A stretch of 64,000 nt of DNA. It comes from Chloroflexota bacterium. Its GTDB lineage: Bacteria; Chloroflexota; UBA11872; VXOZ01. Where the stretch lies: contig CAXXVD010000001.1 of the NCBI GenBank assembly GCA_963662335.2, positions 448,001 through 512,000 on the forward strand. Direction: 5' to 3'. This document shows, in pieces, positions 28,824 to 38,435 of the stretch. Each line of letters begins with the position of its first letter. Positions within the stretch are counted from its first letter, which is position 1. Both the position numbers and the translations under genes were made by a program. Under the pieces are notes generated by a model. The model saw nothing but the letters and a program-made list of their open reading frames with translations. It had not been told where the DNA came from and searched no databases.

Positions 28824-30188
28824 CTATTCGCGCGCCAGCCACTCGTCGAGCACCGCCTGCGCCTGGGCCTCGGTATTGCGCAAGCCTTCCTCGATGGTGG
28901 TCTTGCCGGTGAGCATATCCGGCACGCCGCCGCTCATGATGCCGAGCATCTCGTTAGCGCCGGGCGCGGAAACGACAAAGCGCCGGCCTTCCATCACGTC
29001 AACCTGATGGATGACGAACGGATCGCCGCCGTGGTACGCCTCGCTGTACGAGGTGTCCACGCGGATGGGCAGGCGGTCGAAGTGCTTGGCCCAGCGGATG
29101 TTCACGTCGTCATTGCCGAAGTGCTCCATGAATGTCCAGGCCAGGTCCTTGTGCGTCGCGCCCACGGGCAGCACCCACGTGTGGCAGCCGCCGTAGGTGC
29201 GGTTGAAACCGTCGGCGGGCTTGGGCCAGTGACCCCAGTGATATTCCAGATCCGGCGCTTCCTTGGCGATGCTCTCGAAGCGTATTGAGCCGGTATCGTA
29301 GAGATTCGCGAGACGGCTGGCGTAGAAGTGGGCGCGGGCGTTCTCATCGCCCTTGAACTCTTGCAGCGCGTCGTAGCCGCCCTGCATGTCGTGCACCTTC
29401 TTCAGCCACGCCATGCCCTCACGGCCTTCCTCGGTGTTGAGGGTAATCTTGGTGCGGTCGTCGTTGATGTTCTCGCCGCCGAGTTGCCACATGGGCACCA
29501 TCCACACGTGGCGGTTGGCCCACAACGGCCCCCAGGCCACCTGCTCGATCGTATTGCCGCCCTTGAATGACTTGGAGATCACGTCTTCCAGGTCGGTCCA
29601 CGTCACCGGCGGGTTTTCCGGGTCCAGGCCCGCGTCCAGGTAGAGGTTGTCGTGGATGTAGAAGAAGCGCACGTCGGGGCCGAAGGGCATGCTCCACACC
29701 TGGCCCTTGTGGTCCATGTCGATGCGCAGTGAGGGCCAGATGTCGTCCTTGTTGATCACCGGCGACTGGGCGTAGTAACTCTCCAGGCTATCGACGATGC
29801 CGCCGGCGGCCACTTGCTGGTTCTGCCAGACGCCCACCTGGCCGATGTCGGGCGAGGTGCCCGCCGCCTGGGCTGCAATCAAGATGGTGAAGCGGTTGCC
29901 TTCCGGGATCAGGTCTTTGACGGTGAGGCCTTCCACCAAAGCCTCGATTTCCTGCTTGACCTCCAGGCCCAGACCCTGTGAGAGGTCCCAGCGCCGGGTC
30001 GTCCACACTTCAAGCTCAACCGCTTCCGCGGCTGCGGGCTCCGCTGCCTGTTCTTTAGGCGCTTCTTCCTCTGCCGGCGCATCCGCCGTATCCATGGGCG
30101 CCGCCTGGCCGCACGCTACGAACAACGCGCCGGCCGCGGTCGCGCCAACGCCACCGAGAAACGTCCGTCTCAGAATCCGGTCTCGCAT
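28824..30188 (-). CDS. Tat-exported lipoprotein, ABC family-1 extracellular solute-binding protein
   Basis: RRTFLGG Tat motif plus VACG lipobox; AGLDPENPPVTWTDL, HKDLAWTF. Confidence 0.9.
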   Translation of the reverse strand: MRDRILRRTFLGGVGATAAGALFVACGQAAPMDTADAPAEEEAPKEQAAEPAAAEAVELEVWTTRRWDLSQGLGLEVKQEIEALVEGLTVKDLIPEGNRFTILIAAQAAGTSPDIGQVGVWQNQQVAAGGIVDSLESYYAQSPVINKDDIWPSLRIDMDHKGQVWSMPFGPDVRFFYIHDNLYLDAGLDPENPPVTWTDLEDVISKSFKGGNTIEQVAWGPLWANRHVWMVPMWQLGGENINDDRTKITLNTEEGREGMAWLKKVHDMQGGYDALQEFKGDENARAHFYASRLANLYDTGSIRFESIAKEAPDLEYHWGHWPKPADGFNRTYGGCHTWVLPVGATHKDLAWTFMEHFGNDDVNIRWAKHFDRLPIRVDTSYSEAYHGGDPFVIHQVDVMEGRRFVVSAPGANEMLGIMSGGVPDMLTGKTTIEEGLRNTEAQAQAVLDEWLARE

Positions 30189-30315
30189 CGCGTTCTCCTC
30201 TCACTTCACGCTGAAACTAAACGCACAACGTGTATAACGTACACGCTACTTCTGCATCAAGGCAACCGCGGGGAATTAATAGAACCAGGCTTGTAGTCTT
30301 TGCAGGCAGCGTTCA

Positions 30316-30392
30316 TGTCATTCCGAGCGCAGCGAGGAATCTACGCGGCTCCCGATTCTAGATTCATCGTCGCTGCGCTCCTCAGAATGACA
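30316..30392. repeat. REPIN-like 77-bp element (family D)
   Basis: Inverted near-copy of 5881-5957. Confidence 0.85.
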
Positions 30393-30547
30393 GTTTAGGA
30401 GATTGCAGAGACCTTGCAACGAATATGCGTCTTGCCTTTGACCGACCCAAGCCCCAAAACGCCATTTCCTCAACCGCGTGGGTTCGCGATTCTCTATACT
30501 GAGGTGCAGAAGCGGTCCGATGGGAAGCGCTCATCAAGGGTGAACGC

Positions 30548-31345
30548 ATGACAGAGTGGCGTTACGCAAAACTTACCTGGCCGGAAGTGCGCGCGGCCGC
30601 GCGGGAGCGGAAAGCGATCTTGCTGCCGGTGGCGGCCATCGAGCAGCACGGCCCGCACCTGCCGATCGACACCGACAACGTGGCGGCGATTGCCGTGTGC
30701 GAGCGCGCCGCGCACGCCGCGCCGGACAAGCTGCTCTGCGCGCCGCCGATCCACTACGGCTTCAACGAGCACAATATGGACTTTCCCGGCACGATCTCCG
30801 TCCAGGCGCAGCGCTTCAGCGACTACTGCTACGACGTGGCCGTGAGCTTTGCCCATCACGGTTTTCCCATCGTGCTCTTCGTGAACGGGCACGCTTCCAA
30901 CGACCCGCTGCTGCAAGTCGCCGCGCGCCTCGCCACGCTGCACTCCGATGCCGCCTGCGCCCTGGTTTCTTACTGGGACTTGGCGCAGGAGGAGGTCGAG
31001 CAGTGGCGCGAATCCGAGTATCCCGGCGGCATGGACCACGCCGGCGAGTTCGAGACCTCTATCTACCTCGCATTGGATCCCGCGCGGGTGCAAATGGACA
31101 AAGCCAAGGCCGACTACCGGGTGCGCACAAAGTGGCACTACCGCGATTTGATGGGCGGCTCGCCGGTGAAGTACGTGGACCACTTGAGCAAGATGTCGGC
31201 GGACGGCACGGGCGGCGACCCCACCCTCGGCGCGGCCTGGAAAGGCGAGCGCATCCTGGAGACGGTAAGCGCAGCCATCATCGAGGTGGTGGAGGATCTG
31301 CGCAATCTGCCGTACGGCCCGCGGGTAGACCATCACGAGGCATAG
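30548..31345 (+). CDS. Creatininase family amidohydrolase
   Basis: EQHGPHLPIDTD, EH.DFPGT, NGHASN, DHAGEFETS. Confidence 0.93.
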   Translation: MTEWRYAKLTWPEVRAAARERKAILLPVAAIEQHGPHLPIDTDNVAAIAVCERAAHAAPDKLLCAPPIHYGFNEHNMDFPGTISVQAQRFSDYCYDVAVSFAHHGFPIVLFVNGHASNDPLLQVAARLATLHSDAACALVSYWDLAQEEVEQWRESEYPGGMDHAGEFETSIYLALDPARVQMDKAKADYRVRTKWHYRDLMGGSPVKYVDHLSKMSADGTGGDPTLGAAWKGERILETVSAAIIEVVEDLRNLPYGPRVDHHEA

Positions 31346-31370
31346 CGGCCTCAGTCATTGGCGCCGCAGC

Positions 31371-32648
31371 CTACACCGGGGCCGGGAACGCCTCGCAGAG
31401 GGCGCGCACGTCCTCTTGCACCCGTTGCAGCGCGGCCGCGTCCTTGCGCTTCCGCACCGCTTCCGCAATGTCAATGCCAATGCGTTGCATCTCCGGCACG
31501 CCCATACCCCGCGTGGTGACGGCGGGCGAGCCGAGCCGGATGCCGCTGGTTACGAACGGCGAGCGGGTCTCGCGGGGCACGGTGTTCTTGTTCACCGTGA
31601 TATTCGCCTTTGCCAGCGCCGCCTCCACCACCTTGCCGGAAGGCCCGCCCTTGCCAAAGTCCACCAGCATGAGGTGATTGTCCGTGCCGCCGGAAACCAC
31701 CCGCAGGCCGTTGGCCGTCAGGGTCTCCGCCAAGACGCGCGCGTTCTCGATCACCGCCGCGCTGTAGGCCTTGAAGGCCGGCGTCATCGCCTCGGCGAAC
31801 GCCACCGCCTTGCCGGCCATGATGTGCATGAACGGCCCGCCCTGCAGGCCGGGGAAGACGGCGCTGTCCACCTGCTTGGCGAACTCCGCTTGGCAGAGGA
31901 TAAGCCCACCGCGCGGGCCGCGCAGGGTCTTGTGGGTGGATGAGGTCACGAAGTGCGCGTGGGGCACCGGGCTGGGATGCAAGCCCGCGGCCACCAGTCC
32001 CGCGATGTGCGCCATGTCCACCATGAAGAGCGCGTCCACGCCGTCGGCAATCCGGCGCAGGCGGGCGAAGTCGATGATGCGCGCGTAGGCCGTGGCCCCG
32101 CCGACGATCAGGCGCGGCCGGCACTCCTGCGCGATGCGCTCCACCTCGTCGTAGTCGATGCGTTCCGTATCCAGATTCACCCCGTAGGGCACGAAGTTGT
32201 ACACCAGGCCGGAGAAATTCTTGGGATGCCCGTGGGTCAGGTGCCCGCCCTGGGCCAGCGACATGCCCATCACCGTATCCCCCGGCTCCAGCATGGCCAG
32301 ATAGACCGCCGCGTTGGGGTTGGAGCCGGAGTAGGGCTGCACGTTGGCGTGTTCCGCGCCGAAGAGCGCCGTGGCCCGGTCGATCGCCAACTGCTCGATC
32401 TCGTCAACGTACTCGCAGCCGCCGTAGTAGCGCCGTCCCGGATAGCCCTCGGCGTACTTGTTGGTGAGAATCGAGCCGCACGCCTCCCGCACCGCGGCGC
32501 TGGTGTAGTTCTCGGAAGCGATCATCTCCAGGTGGTCTTCCTGCCGCTGGCGCTCCTTGCTAATCCAGCCGTAGACGGCCGGGTCGTGCCGCCGGAGACT
32601 TTCCAGACCGGTTGCTGCCGCTGCTACGGTGTCTGCCAATTCGGCCAC
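31371..32648 (-). CDS. glyA: Serine hydroxymethyltransferase
   Basis: [46 protein letters not shown]; start taken at GTG 32648 because the longer ORF reads through REPs. Confidence 0.97.
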   Translation of the reverse strand: MAELADTVAAAATGLESLRRHDPAVYGWISKERQRQEDHLEMIASENYTSAAVREACGSILTNKYAEGYPGRRYYGGCEYVDEIEQLAIDRATALFGAEHANVQPYSGSNPNAAVYLAMLEPGDTVMGMSLAQGGHLTHGHPKNFSGLVYNFVPYGVNLDTERIDYDEVERIAQECRPRLIVGGATAYARIIDFARLRRIADGVDALFMVDMAHIAGLVAAGLHPSPVPHAHFVTSSTHKTLRGPRGGLILCQAEFAKQVDSAVFPGLQGGPFMHIMAGKAVAFAEAMTPAFKAYSAAVIENARVLAETLTANGLRVVSGGTDNHLMLVDFGKGGPSGKVVEAALAKANITVNKNTVPRETRSPFVTSGIRLGSPAVTTRGMGVPEMQRIGIDIAEAVRKRKDAAALQRVQEDVRALCEAFPAPV

Positions 32649-32844
32649 GCTCTTGCGTCCTCTCTCGTCGCGCCATGCTCGACCGTCCCGCCAAGCGCCG
32701 CAAACGGCGGGACTACGGCGCCGGGTGTCTTGGTTCAATGGTAGCACAGGGCCGTGCCCGCATTGAAACCGGGGGACTGGACTGCGCGGCCATGGCCGTG
32801 CGCCGGCCACACGATGGTATGAAAGCCGCGAGACGGTCCCCTGA

Positions 32845-33110
32845 CCGTCATTCCCGCGAACGCGGGAATCCATCTTCGTCTCACACGCAGCCAAGAGCGG
32901 ATGGATTCCCGCGTTCGCGGGAATGACGGATTTTGCGGGGATGACGGAATTCGCAGGAATGACGGACTGTGCGGGAATGACGGAACGTAGCGCGGGGGCT
33001 TGTCCCCCGCCTCTTGCGGCGCGCCGCCCGCCGGTGTAGGGGCACGACATGTCGTGCCCCTACACCGGCGGGAAGACGAAGATGGATTCCGGCTTTCGCC
33101 GGAATGACGG
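32845..33110. repeat. Composite REP cluster: family C element, 4x18-bp tandem, REP-A, REP-B, half C
   Basis: GCGGGAATGACGGA-NNNN x4 at 32917-32988; REP-A at 32987; GTAGGGGCACGACATGTCGTGCCCCTAC at 33036. Confidence 0.88.
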
Positions 33111-33277
33111 ATTTCGCGCCGGCCTTTCACATGAATGGCGGTGTGGTCTAGCGACAATGGCGGTGCGGTTTATCGACATATGTGCACACCACACTGCGTT
33201 CGTTACTGATTTTCGCAATTGCCATGCGACCCGCCGCCACTTTGCGGTATAGTGGGATGAAGGTCGCGCGACGCGGT

Positions 33278-33460
33278 CGCACGCAGCGTGAGGTCAGTCG
33301 CACACAGCGCGAGGTCGGCCGCACGCAGCGCGAGGTCGGCCGCACGCAGCGCGAGGTCGGCCGCACACAGCGCGAGGTCGGCCGCACGCAGCGCGAGGTC
33401 GGCCGCACACAGCGCGAGGTCAGTCGCACATAGCGCGAGGTCGGCCGCACATAGCACGAG
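33278..33460 (+). repeat. 21-bp tandem repeat (about 8.7 units)
   Basis: Unit CGCACRYAGCGYGAGGTCRGY. Confidence 0.95.
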
Positions 33461-33473
33461 AGGCAGGCGGCGG

Positions 33474-34784
33474 ATGCAAGACACGGATCGCCAGGCGGAG
33501 CGCGGCAGCGTGCAGGTCCAACTGGAGCGGCCGTTCATCATCGTGCTCGCCGCCGGCATCTTGCTGCTGGCGCTGATTTCCGGCATCAACGTGCTCTACT
33601 CCTTCCTCTACGCCATGCTGGGGCTCATCGCTATCAGCTACTTCTGGACGACCCGCAACATCCGCAATCTCTCCGTAGAGCGGCATCTGGTCTCCAAGTG
33701 GGCCACCCTGGGTGATGAAATCGTGGAGACCTTCCGCGTGAGCAATGCCGGCGCGCTGCCGGTGCTGTGGGTGGAAGTGAACGACCACTCGGACGTGCCC
33801 GGCTACCAGGCCGGCATGGTCACCGGGCTGGGGCCGCGTGAGCACCGCGAGTGGAAGTCGCGCGCCGTCTGCAAGCGGCGCGGCCTCTACCGCCTCGGCC
33901 CTTTGCGGGTCTACACCGGCGACCCGTTCGGCATCTTTCGCGCCACCAAAGAACTCCCTGACCAGGCCACGTTTCTGGTCTATCCGCCCATCACGGAAGT
34001 GCCGGGGCTGGCCTTGCCCACCGGACGCCAGAGCGGCGAATCGCGCTCCTCGCGGCGGGCCTTGCACCTGACCACCGACGCGGCCAGCGTGCGGGAATTC
34101 GTGCCGGGCGACGCGCTGCACATCATCCACTGGCCCACCACCGCCCGGCGCGGCCGCCTGCAAACCAAAGAGTTCGACATGGAGCCGGGCGGCAGTACCT
34201 GGATCCTGCTGGACCTGGATCAAGCCGCCCAGGCCGGCGAGGAGGAAGAGTCCACCGAGGAATACGGCGTCAAGCTGGCGGCGGCGCTGGTCTACCGCTT
34301 GATCCGTGAGCAGAAGTCCATCGGGCTGATTACGTACGGCGAGGAGCGCCGCCTCTTGCGCGCCAACCGGGGCAGCCAGCACATGTGGCGCATCATGGAG
34401 ATTCTGGCGGTGGTGCGCGCCCAGGGCACGGCGCGCGTAGGTGACGTGTTATCCGAAGTCGCCCCACAGATTCGCGGCAGCATGAGCCTGATCGTCATCA
34501 CGCCGAACACCGACCCGGCGTGGGCGCCGATCCTGGTCAACGTCTCGCGCCGGGGCATCCGGCCCACGGTGCTCCACCTGGCGCCGGAGACGTTCGGCGC
34601 CGACCGCGCCAGCGGCCCCTTGCAGCAAGCCCTCGGCGCCGCCGGCATCTCGTATATCGAAATCGAACGCGGCCAGGAGTTCCGCACTATCCTCCTGGAG
34701 AAGGGCGATGAGGACATCCGGCGGCGCGCGCAGACCGTGGAAACTACCGCTACGAGCCGCATCCATGAAATAGGCGTGGGCTAG
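33474..34784 (+). CDS. DUF58 domain membrane protein
   Basis: RRGLYRLGP..GDPFG, VYP, VREFVPGD..IHW..TAR..L..KEF; ATG 33474 (alternative GTG 33288 lies inside the tandem repeat). Confidence 0.9.
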   Translation: MQDTDRQAERGSVQVQLERPFIIVLAAGILLLALISGINVLYSFLYAMLGLIAISYFWTTRNIRNLSVERHLVSKWATLGDEIVETFRVSNAGALPVLWVEVNDHSDVPGYQAGMVTGLGPREHREWKSRAVCKRRGLYRLGPLRVYTGDPFGIFRATKELPDQATFLVYPPITEVPGLALPTGRQSGESRSSRRALHLTTDAASVREFVPGDALHIIHWPTTARRGRLQTKEFDMEPGGSTWILLDLDQAAQAGEEEESTEEYGVKLAAALVYRLIREQKSIGLITYGEERRLLRANRGSQHMWRIMEILAVVRAQGTARVGDVLSEVAPQIRGSMSLIVITPNTDPAWAPILVNVSRRGIRPTVLHLAPETFGADRASGPLQQALGAAGISYIEIERGQEFRTILLEKGDEDIRRRAQTVETTATSRIHEIGVG

Positions 34785-34788
34785 CGCC

Positions 34789-37251
34789 ATGGCAAACCCT
34801 ATCTACTCCGACACCGCTGCTGAAGAACGGCCGAGCCTGGTCGAAACCCTGCTCCGGCACTGGCTCACGCTGCTGTTGCTGGCCGCCATGGCGTTGGTAA
34901 GCTCGTGGGCCATCCACCAATCGGGCTGGGCCACCGGCACCGAGGCCATCTTCTCCACCGCGCTGCTCGGCATGGCCGCCGGCTTCCTGGCGGCGCACAC
35001 CCGCTGGGGGATACGCAAAGGCTGGCTGTTCGGCGTCGTCATCGGCATCGCCTACTGCTTCCTGCTGGTGAGCGAAGCCCTGCCGCCGATGGACCGCATC
35101 TTCCAGGACGCCCTGGCGCTGGTCTTGAATACGCTCACCTGGATTCTGGCCGTCGTGGGCGGCCTGCTCAGCGGCAGCGGCGTGCCCCAGCCGGTACCGC
35201 CGGCGGAGGCGGTTGCCACCTTCATCACGAATGCCAGTGACTTTGGCGTCCGTTTGGCCGACTGGACGCGCGCCGGCCTGCGCGGCACCTACTCCGAGGA
35301 CAACGGCGTCTTCGTCTACTGGATTACGCTCGTGGGCTGGGCCATTGGGTACGTGGCCACGTGGGGTTTCTTCCGCCACAACGACGTGCTGATCGCGGCG
35401 CTGGTGCCCGGCGTGGCCATGGTCATCAACCTGGCCTACTCCGGCCAAGGGCGCTGGCCGTTCGTGCTCTTCCTGGCGGCGACGCTCCTGCTGATGGTGC
35501 GCCTCAATCTTCACGCGCTGCACAAACGGTGGGAATCGCGCAAGCTGGACTACGCCACGGAAGTCGGCCTGGACGTCTTGATTGCCAGCGTCCTCTTGAC
35601 CACGGCGCTCACGTTCACGGCAACCATGGCCCCGCGCGTGGGCAGCAATCCGATTTCGGAGACGTTCTGGACCGTCTTCGGCGGCGAGTGGGCCGAAGTC
35701 GACAACACCGCGAAACGGCTCTTTTCCGGCGTCCAGAATCCCAGCGGCGTGGGCCTGATTCTCGGCTCCGACAACCGCCTCTTCAGCGGGCCCCGGCGCT
35801 TCAGCCAGCCGTACCGCATGTACGTGACGACGGACGAGCGCAACTTCAACGGCTACTGGCGCGGCGCGACGTTCGACGCCTACACCGGCTATACCTGGTA
35901 CAACACCAGCGGCACGCTGCTGGACCGCCGCGCCGACGAGGAGCCGATTCCCCCGCCGCCGGTGAGCTACCGCCGGCCGGCCACGTTCACCTTCCGCATC
36001 GTGGATAGCCCCAGCGACATCGTCTTCGCGCCGGACTTCCCCACCAGCATCAGCATCCCCTACCGGGTGCAGGTGGCGTCCCCGGACGCGCCGCTCGACT
36101 ACGACCTCCTGCGCGCGCGGCGCGTGGCGGTGCCCGATTTGGAGTATACGCTGGAGAGCCTGGTCACGACCGCTACCGAAGATCAACTGCTCAATGCCCA
36201 GGGCGACGTTCCTGACGAAGTCCGCCGCTATACGCAAGCGCCCAATCTCCCGAATCGTGTGGTGGACCTGACAAAGACCGTGGTGCGGGGCAAAGAGACG
36301 CAGTATGAGAAGGCGTTGGCGATCGAACTCTTCCTGCGGCGCATTCCCTACTCGATTGCCATCCCGCCGCCGCCCGCGGACAAGGACGCGGTGGACTACT
36401 TCCTCTTCGAGGCCAAGCGCGGCTACGCGGACTACTACGCCAGCACCATGGTGGTCATGCTGCGCACGGTGGGCGTGCCCGCGCGCCTGGCGGTGGGCTT
36501 TGCCACGGGCCGCTACGACGTGGCGCAGCGCCGCTTCGTGGTGACCGAGAAGCAGGCGCACACCTGGCCGGAGGTCTACTTTGCGGGCCTGGGCTGGATA
36601 CCTTTCGAGCCCAGCCCCAATCAAACGCCGATAGACCGGGGCATTCTGGCCGCCGAGATTAGCGGTTCCTCAAACCCGGAACTCGACGAGTTCTACGATG
36701 AGCTTGGCGAGGACGAACTCCTGGCCGCCGGCGTGGCGGGCGTGATCGGCGGCAGCGTGCCGGGCACGAACATCCTCGGCGTTGACGTGCCGGACATACC
36801 CGACCTGCGGCCGTTTCTTGCGGCCTTGCTCGTCATAGTCGTTGGCTGGTTCGCGTATAATTTCATCCAGGAGAAGCGCATGGCCCCCCACCAGATGGTG
36901 CGGCACGTCTACCGCAAGCTGGTGCGCGCCGGCAAGATCGCGGGCATTCCGGCCTCCACGGCCAGCACGCCGGACGAGTACGGCGACCGCTTGCTGCACG
37001 GCCTGCACACCACCGGCGACAGGCGCTTTCCCGCGCTTGCGGTGCGGGCGATCTGCGCGACCTACGCGGAGTCGCTCTATAGCGCGGAAGGGATTTCACC
37101 CCAGCAGAAGGACGCGGCGCTCAAGGCGTGGCGCGGCGTGCGCTGGCGGCTCTACCGCCGGGGAATGCGTCTGGGCAGCCGGCGGCTCATTCCCTTCTTG
37201 CGCCGCAAGCGCGCCGCTCCCGCGCCCGCGGTCAGCGCGGCTATCGAATAG
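34789..37251 (+). CDS. TgpA-like membrane protein with transglutaminase-like domain and DUF4129-like tail; catalytic Cys replaced by Ala
   Basis: Multi-TM N-terminus, YWRGATFD.Y.G..W, GYADYYAS...GVPARLAVGF...AHTWPEVYF.G.GW..FEP. Confidence 0.9.
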   Translation: MANPIYSDTAAEERPSLVETLLRHWLTLLLLAAMALVSSWAIHQSGWATGTEAIFSTALLGMAAGFLAAHTRWGIRKGWLFGVVIGIAYCFLLVSEALPPMDRIFQDALALVLNTLTWILAVVGGLLSGSGVPQPVPPAEAVATFITNASDFGVRLADWTRAGLRGTYSEDNGVFVYWITLVGWAIGYVATWGFFRHNDVLIAALVPGVAMVINLAYSGQGRWPFVLFLAATLLLMVRLNLHALHKRWESRKLDYATEVGLDVLIASVLLTTALTFTATMAPRVGSNPISETFWTVFGGEWAEVDNTAKRLFSGVQNPSGVGLILGSDNRLFSGPRRFSQPYRMYVTTDERNFNGYWRGATFDAYTGYTWYNTSGTLLDRRADEEPIPPPPVSYRRPATFTFRIVDSPSDIVFAPDFPTSISIPYRVQVASPDAPLDYDLLRARRVAVPDLEYTLESLVTTATEDQLLNAQGDVPDEVRRYTQAPNLPNRVVDLTKTVVRGKETQYEKALAIELFLRRIPYSIAIPPPPADKDAVDYFLFEAKRGYADYYASTMVVMLRTVGVPARLAVGFATGRYDVAQRRFVVTEKQAHTWPEVYFAGLGWIPFEPSPNQTPIDRGILAAEISGSSNPELDEFYDELGEDELLAAGVAGVIGGSVPGTNILGVDVPDIPDLRPFLAALLVIVVGWFAYNFIQEKRMAPHQMVRHVYRKLVRAGKIAGIPASTASTPDEYGDRLLHGLHTTGDRRFPALAVRAICATYAESLYSAEGISPQQKDAALKAWRGVRWRLYRRGMRLGSRRLIPFLRRKRAAPAPAVSAAIE

Positions 37252-37299
37252 CGTTTCATCATGCACACGCCGGACAACGAATACCCGCCTCTTCTCTTG

Positions 37300-37410
37300 C
37301 CTCGCTCCCGTTGAGAGAGGGCCAGGATGAGGGTTAATTCCCTCTCCCGTTGAGAGCGGGCTAGGACGAAGGTTTAATCCCCTCTCTGAGGGAGAGGGCT
37401 AGGGTGAGGG
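37300..37410. repeat. Three degenerate family-E palindromes
   Basis: CCCTCTCCC..GAGAGGGCTAGGGTGAGGG-like units; relatives at 4427 and 38867. Confidence 0.7.
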
Positions 37411-37506
37411 CAGGAGGATGTTGGCAGCGCGGCGGATACAGGCTGCGCCCCGCTCGCCGCCAACAGACGGCAGCAGTCGGCTCCACAACACGAAAGGAGC
37501 GCCGCT

Positions 37507-37806
37507 TTGGGACTGAGTGAGATACGCGACGTAGCCGTCATCGTGCTGGCTATCGTCTCCCTGCTCATGGGGTTTTCGCTCATCATCCTGGTGCTGGCGG
37601 TGCTACGCCTCGCCGGCACCATCCAGCAGGAGATTCAACCGCTCCTGCGCTCGCTCGTCGAGACGAGCAATACGGTCAAGGGCACCACGCAGTTCGTCAG
37701 CGAGGCCGTGGTGCGCCCCACGGCCAAGGCCGCCGGCAAGACGATCGGCGTCATCCGGTTCGCCCGCGCGCTGGCAAACACGGTCGCGCGCGTACAGAAG
37801 CGCTAG
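37507..37806 (+). CDS. Small membrane protein, YtxG/DUF948-like
   Basis: AAGGAG SD plus TTG start; one TM helix then amphipathic helix. Confidence 0.75.
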   Translation: MGLSEIRDVAVIVLAIVSLLMGFSLIILVLAVLRLAGTIQQEIQPLLRSLVETSNTVKGTTQFVSEAVVRPTAKAAGKTIGVIRFARALANTVARVQKR

Positions 37807-37850
37807 CCGGGCGGGTGTGCGCTTCGGGCCCGATGCGCGCGGCGGCCGGC

Positions 37851-38142
37851 GTAGCGCGGGGGCTTGTCCCCCGCATGGCTTGACAACCGGCGTAGCGCCG
37901 GAGGCTTGTCCCCCGCCGCCTGGGTTGCGCTTGGCCGCGAAGATGGATTCCCGCGTGCGCGGGAATGACGGAAGGTAGCGCGGGGGCTTGTCCCCCGCCT
38001 CTTGGGACGCGGCGCGCATTCGGTGTAGGGGCACGACATGTCGTGCCCCTACACCGGCGCAAAGAAGAGTTGGTTTCCCGCTTGCGCGGGAATCCATCTT
38101 CGCCGCACAACTGGTGGGTTCCCGCTTGCGCGGGAATGACGG
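37851..38142. repeat. Dense REP cluster (A x3, B, C x3)
   Basis: REP-A at 37851, 37892 (variant) and 37975; REP-B at 38025; C arms at about 37942, 38074 and 38118. Confidence 0.88.
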
Positions 38143-38230
38143 AAGGGGAGCGCGGGGCTTTGTGCTCCGCACCGAGACTAGCAACGGCTGCCACAATGGA
38201 CTACACACGTTACGCAAGGAGCATACCCAC

Positions 38231-38428
38231 ATGCTAGGGTTCACCGTCGGCTTTGCCGTAGGGTTGTCGCTGGGCGTGGCGCTTGGTGGCCTGCTCGCGC
38301 CAAGCAGCGGCGAAGCATTCCGGGCGGACATCCGCCGCCAGATCGAAGCCGCCAAACTCGAGGCCGAGCAGGCGGCCCAGGCCACGGAAGAGGAACTTCT
38401 GGCTCGCTACGAGGAAGCCAAGCAGTGA
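38231..38428 (+). CDS. YtxH-like small protein
   Basis: GF.VG..LG..LGGLLAPSSGE..R..I; AAGGAG SD. Confidence 0.8.
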   Translation: MLGFTVGFAVGLSLGVALGGLLAPSSGEAFRADIRRQIEAAKLEAEQAAQATEEELLARYEEAKQ

Positions 38429-38435
38429 GGCTGCC

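Noticed and set aside
32650-32845. ZTP (pfl) or THF riboswitch upstream of glyA
   Set aside because: Only a simple GTCCCGCC/GGCGGGAC hairpin; no consensus motifs recognised.
32649-33050. 134-aa N-terminal extension of GlyA (SVIPA repeats)
   Set aside because: It is translation through REP sequences; an SD-like GAGAGGA and promoter-like TGCTACCAT support the GTG at 32648.
33278-33460. CRISPR array or iterons
   Set aside because: Head-to-tail 21-bp units with no spacers; no rep or cas gene nearby.
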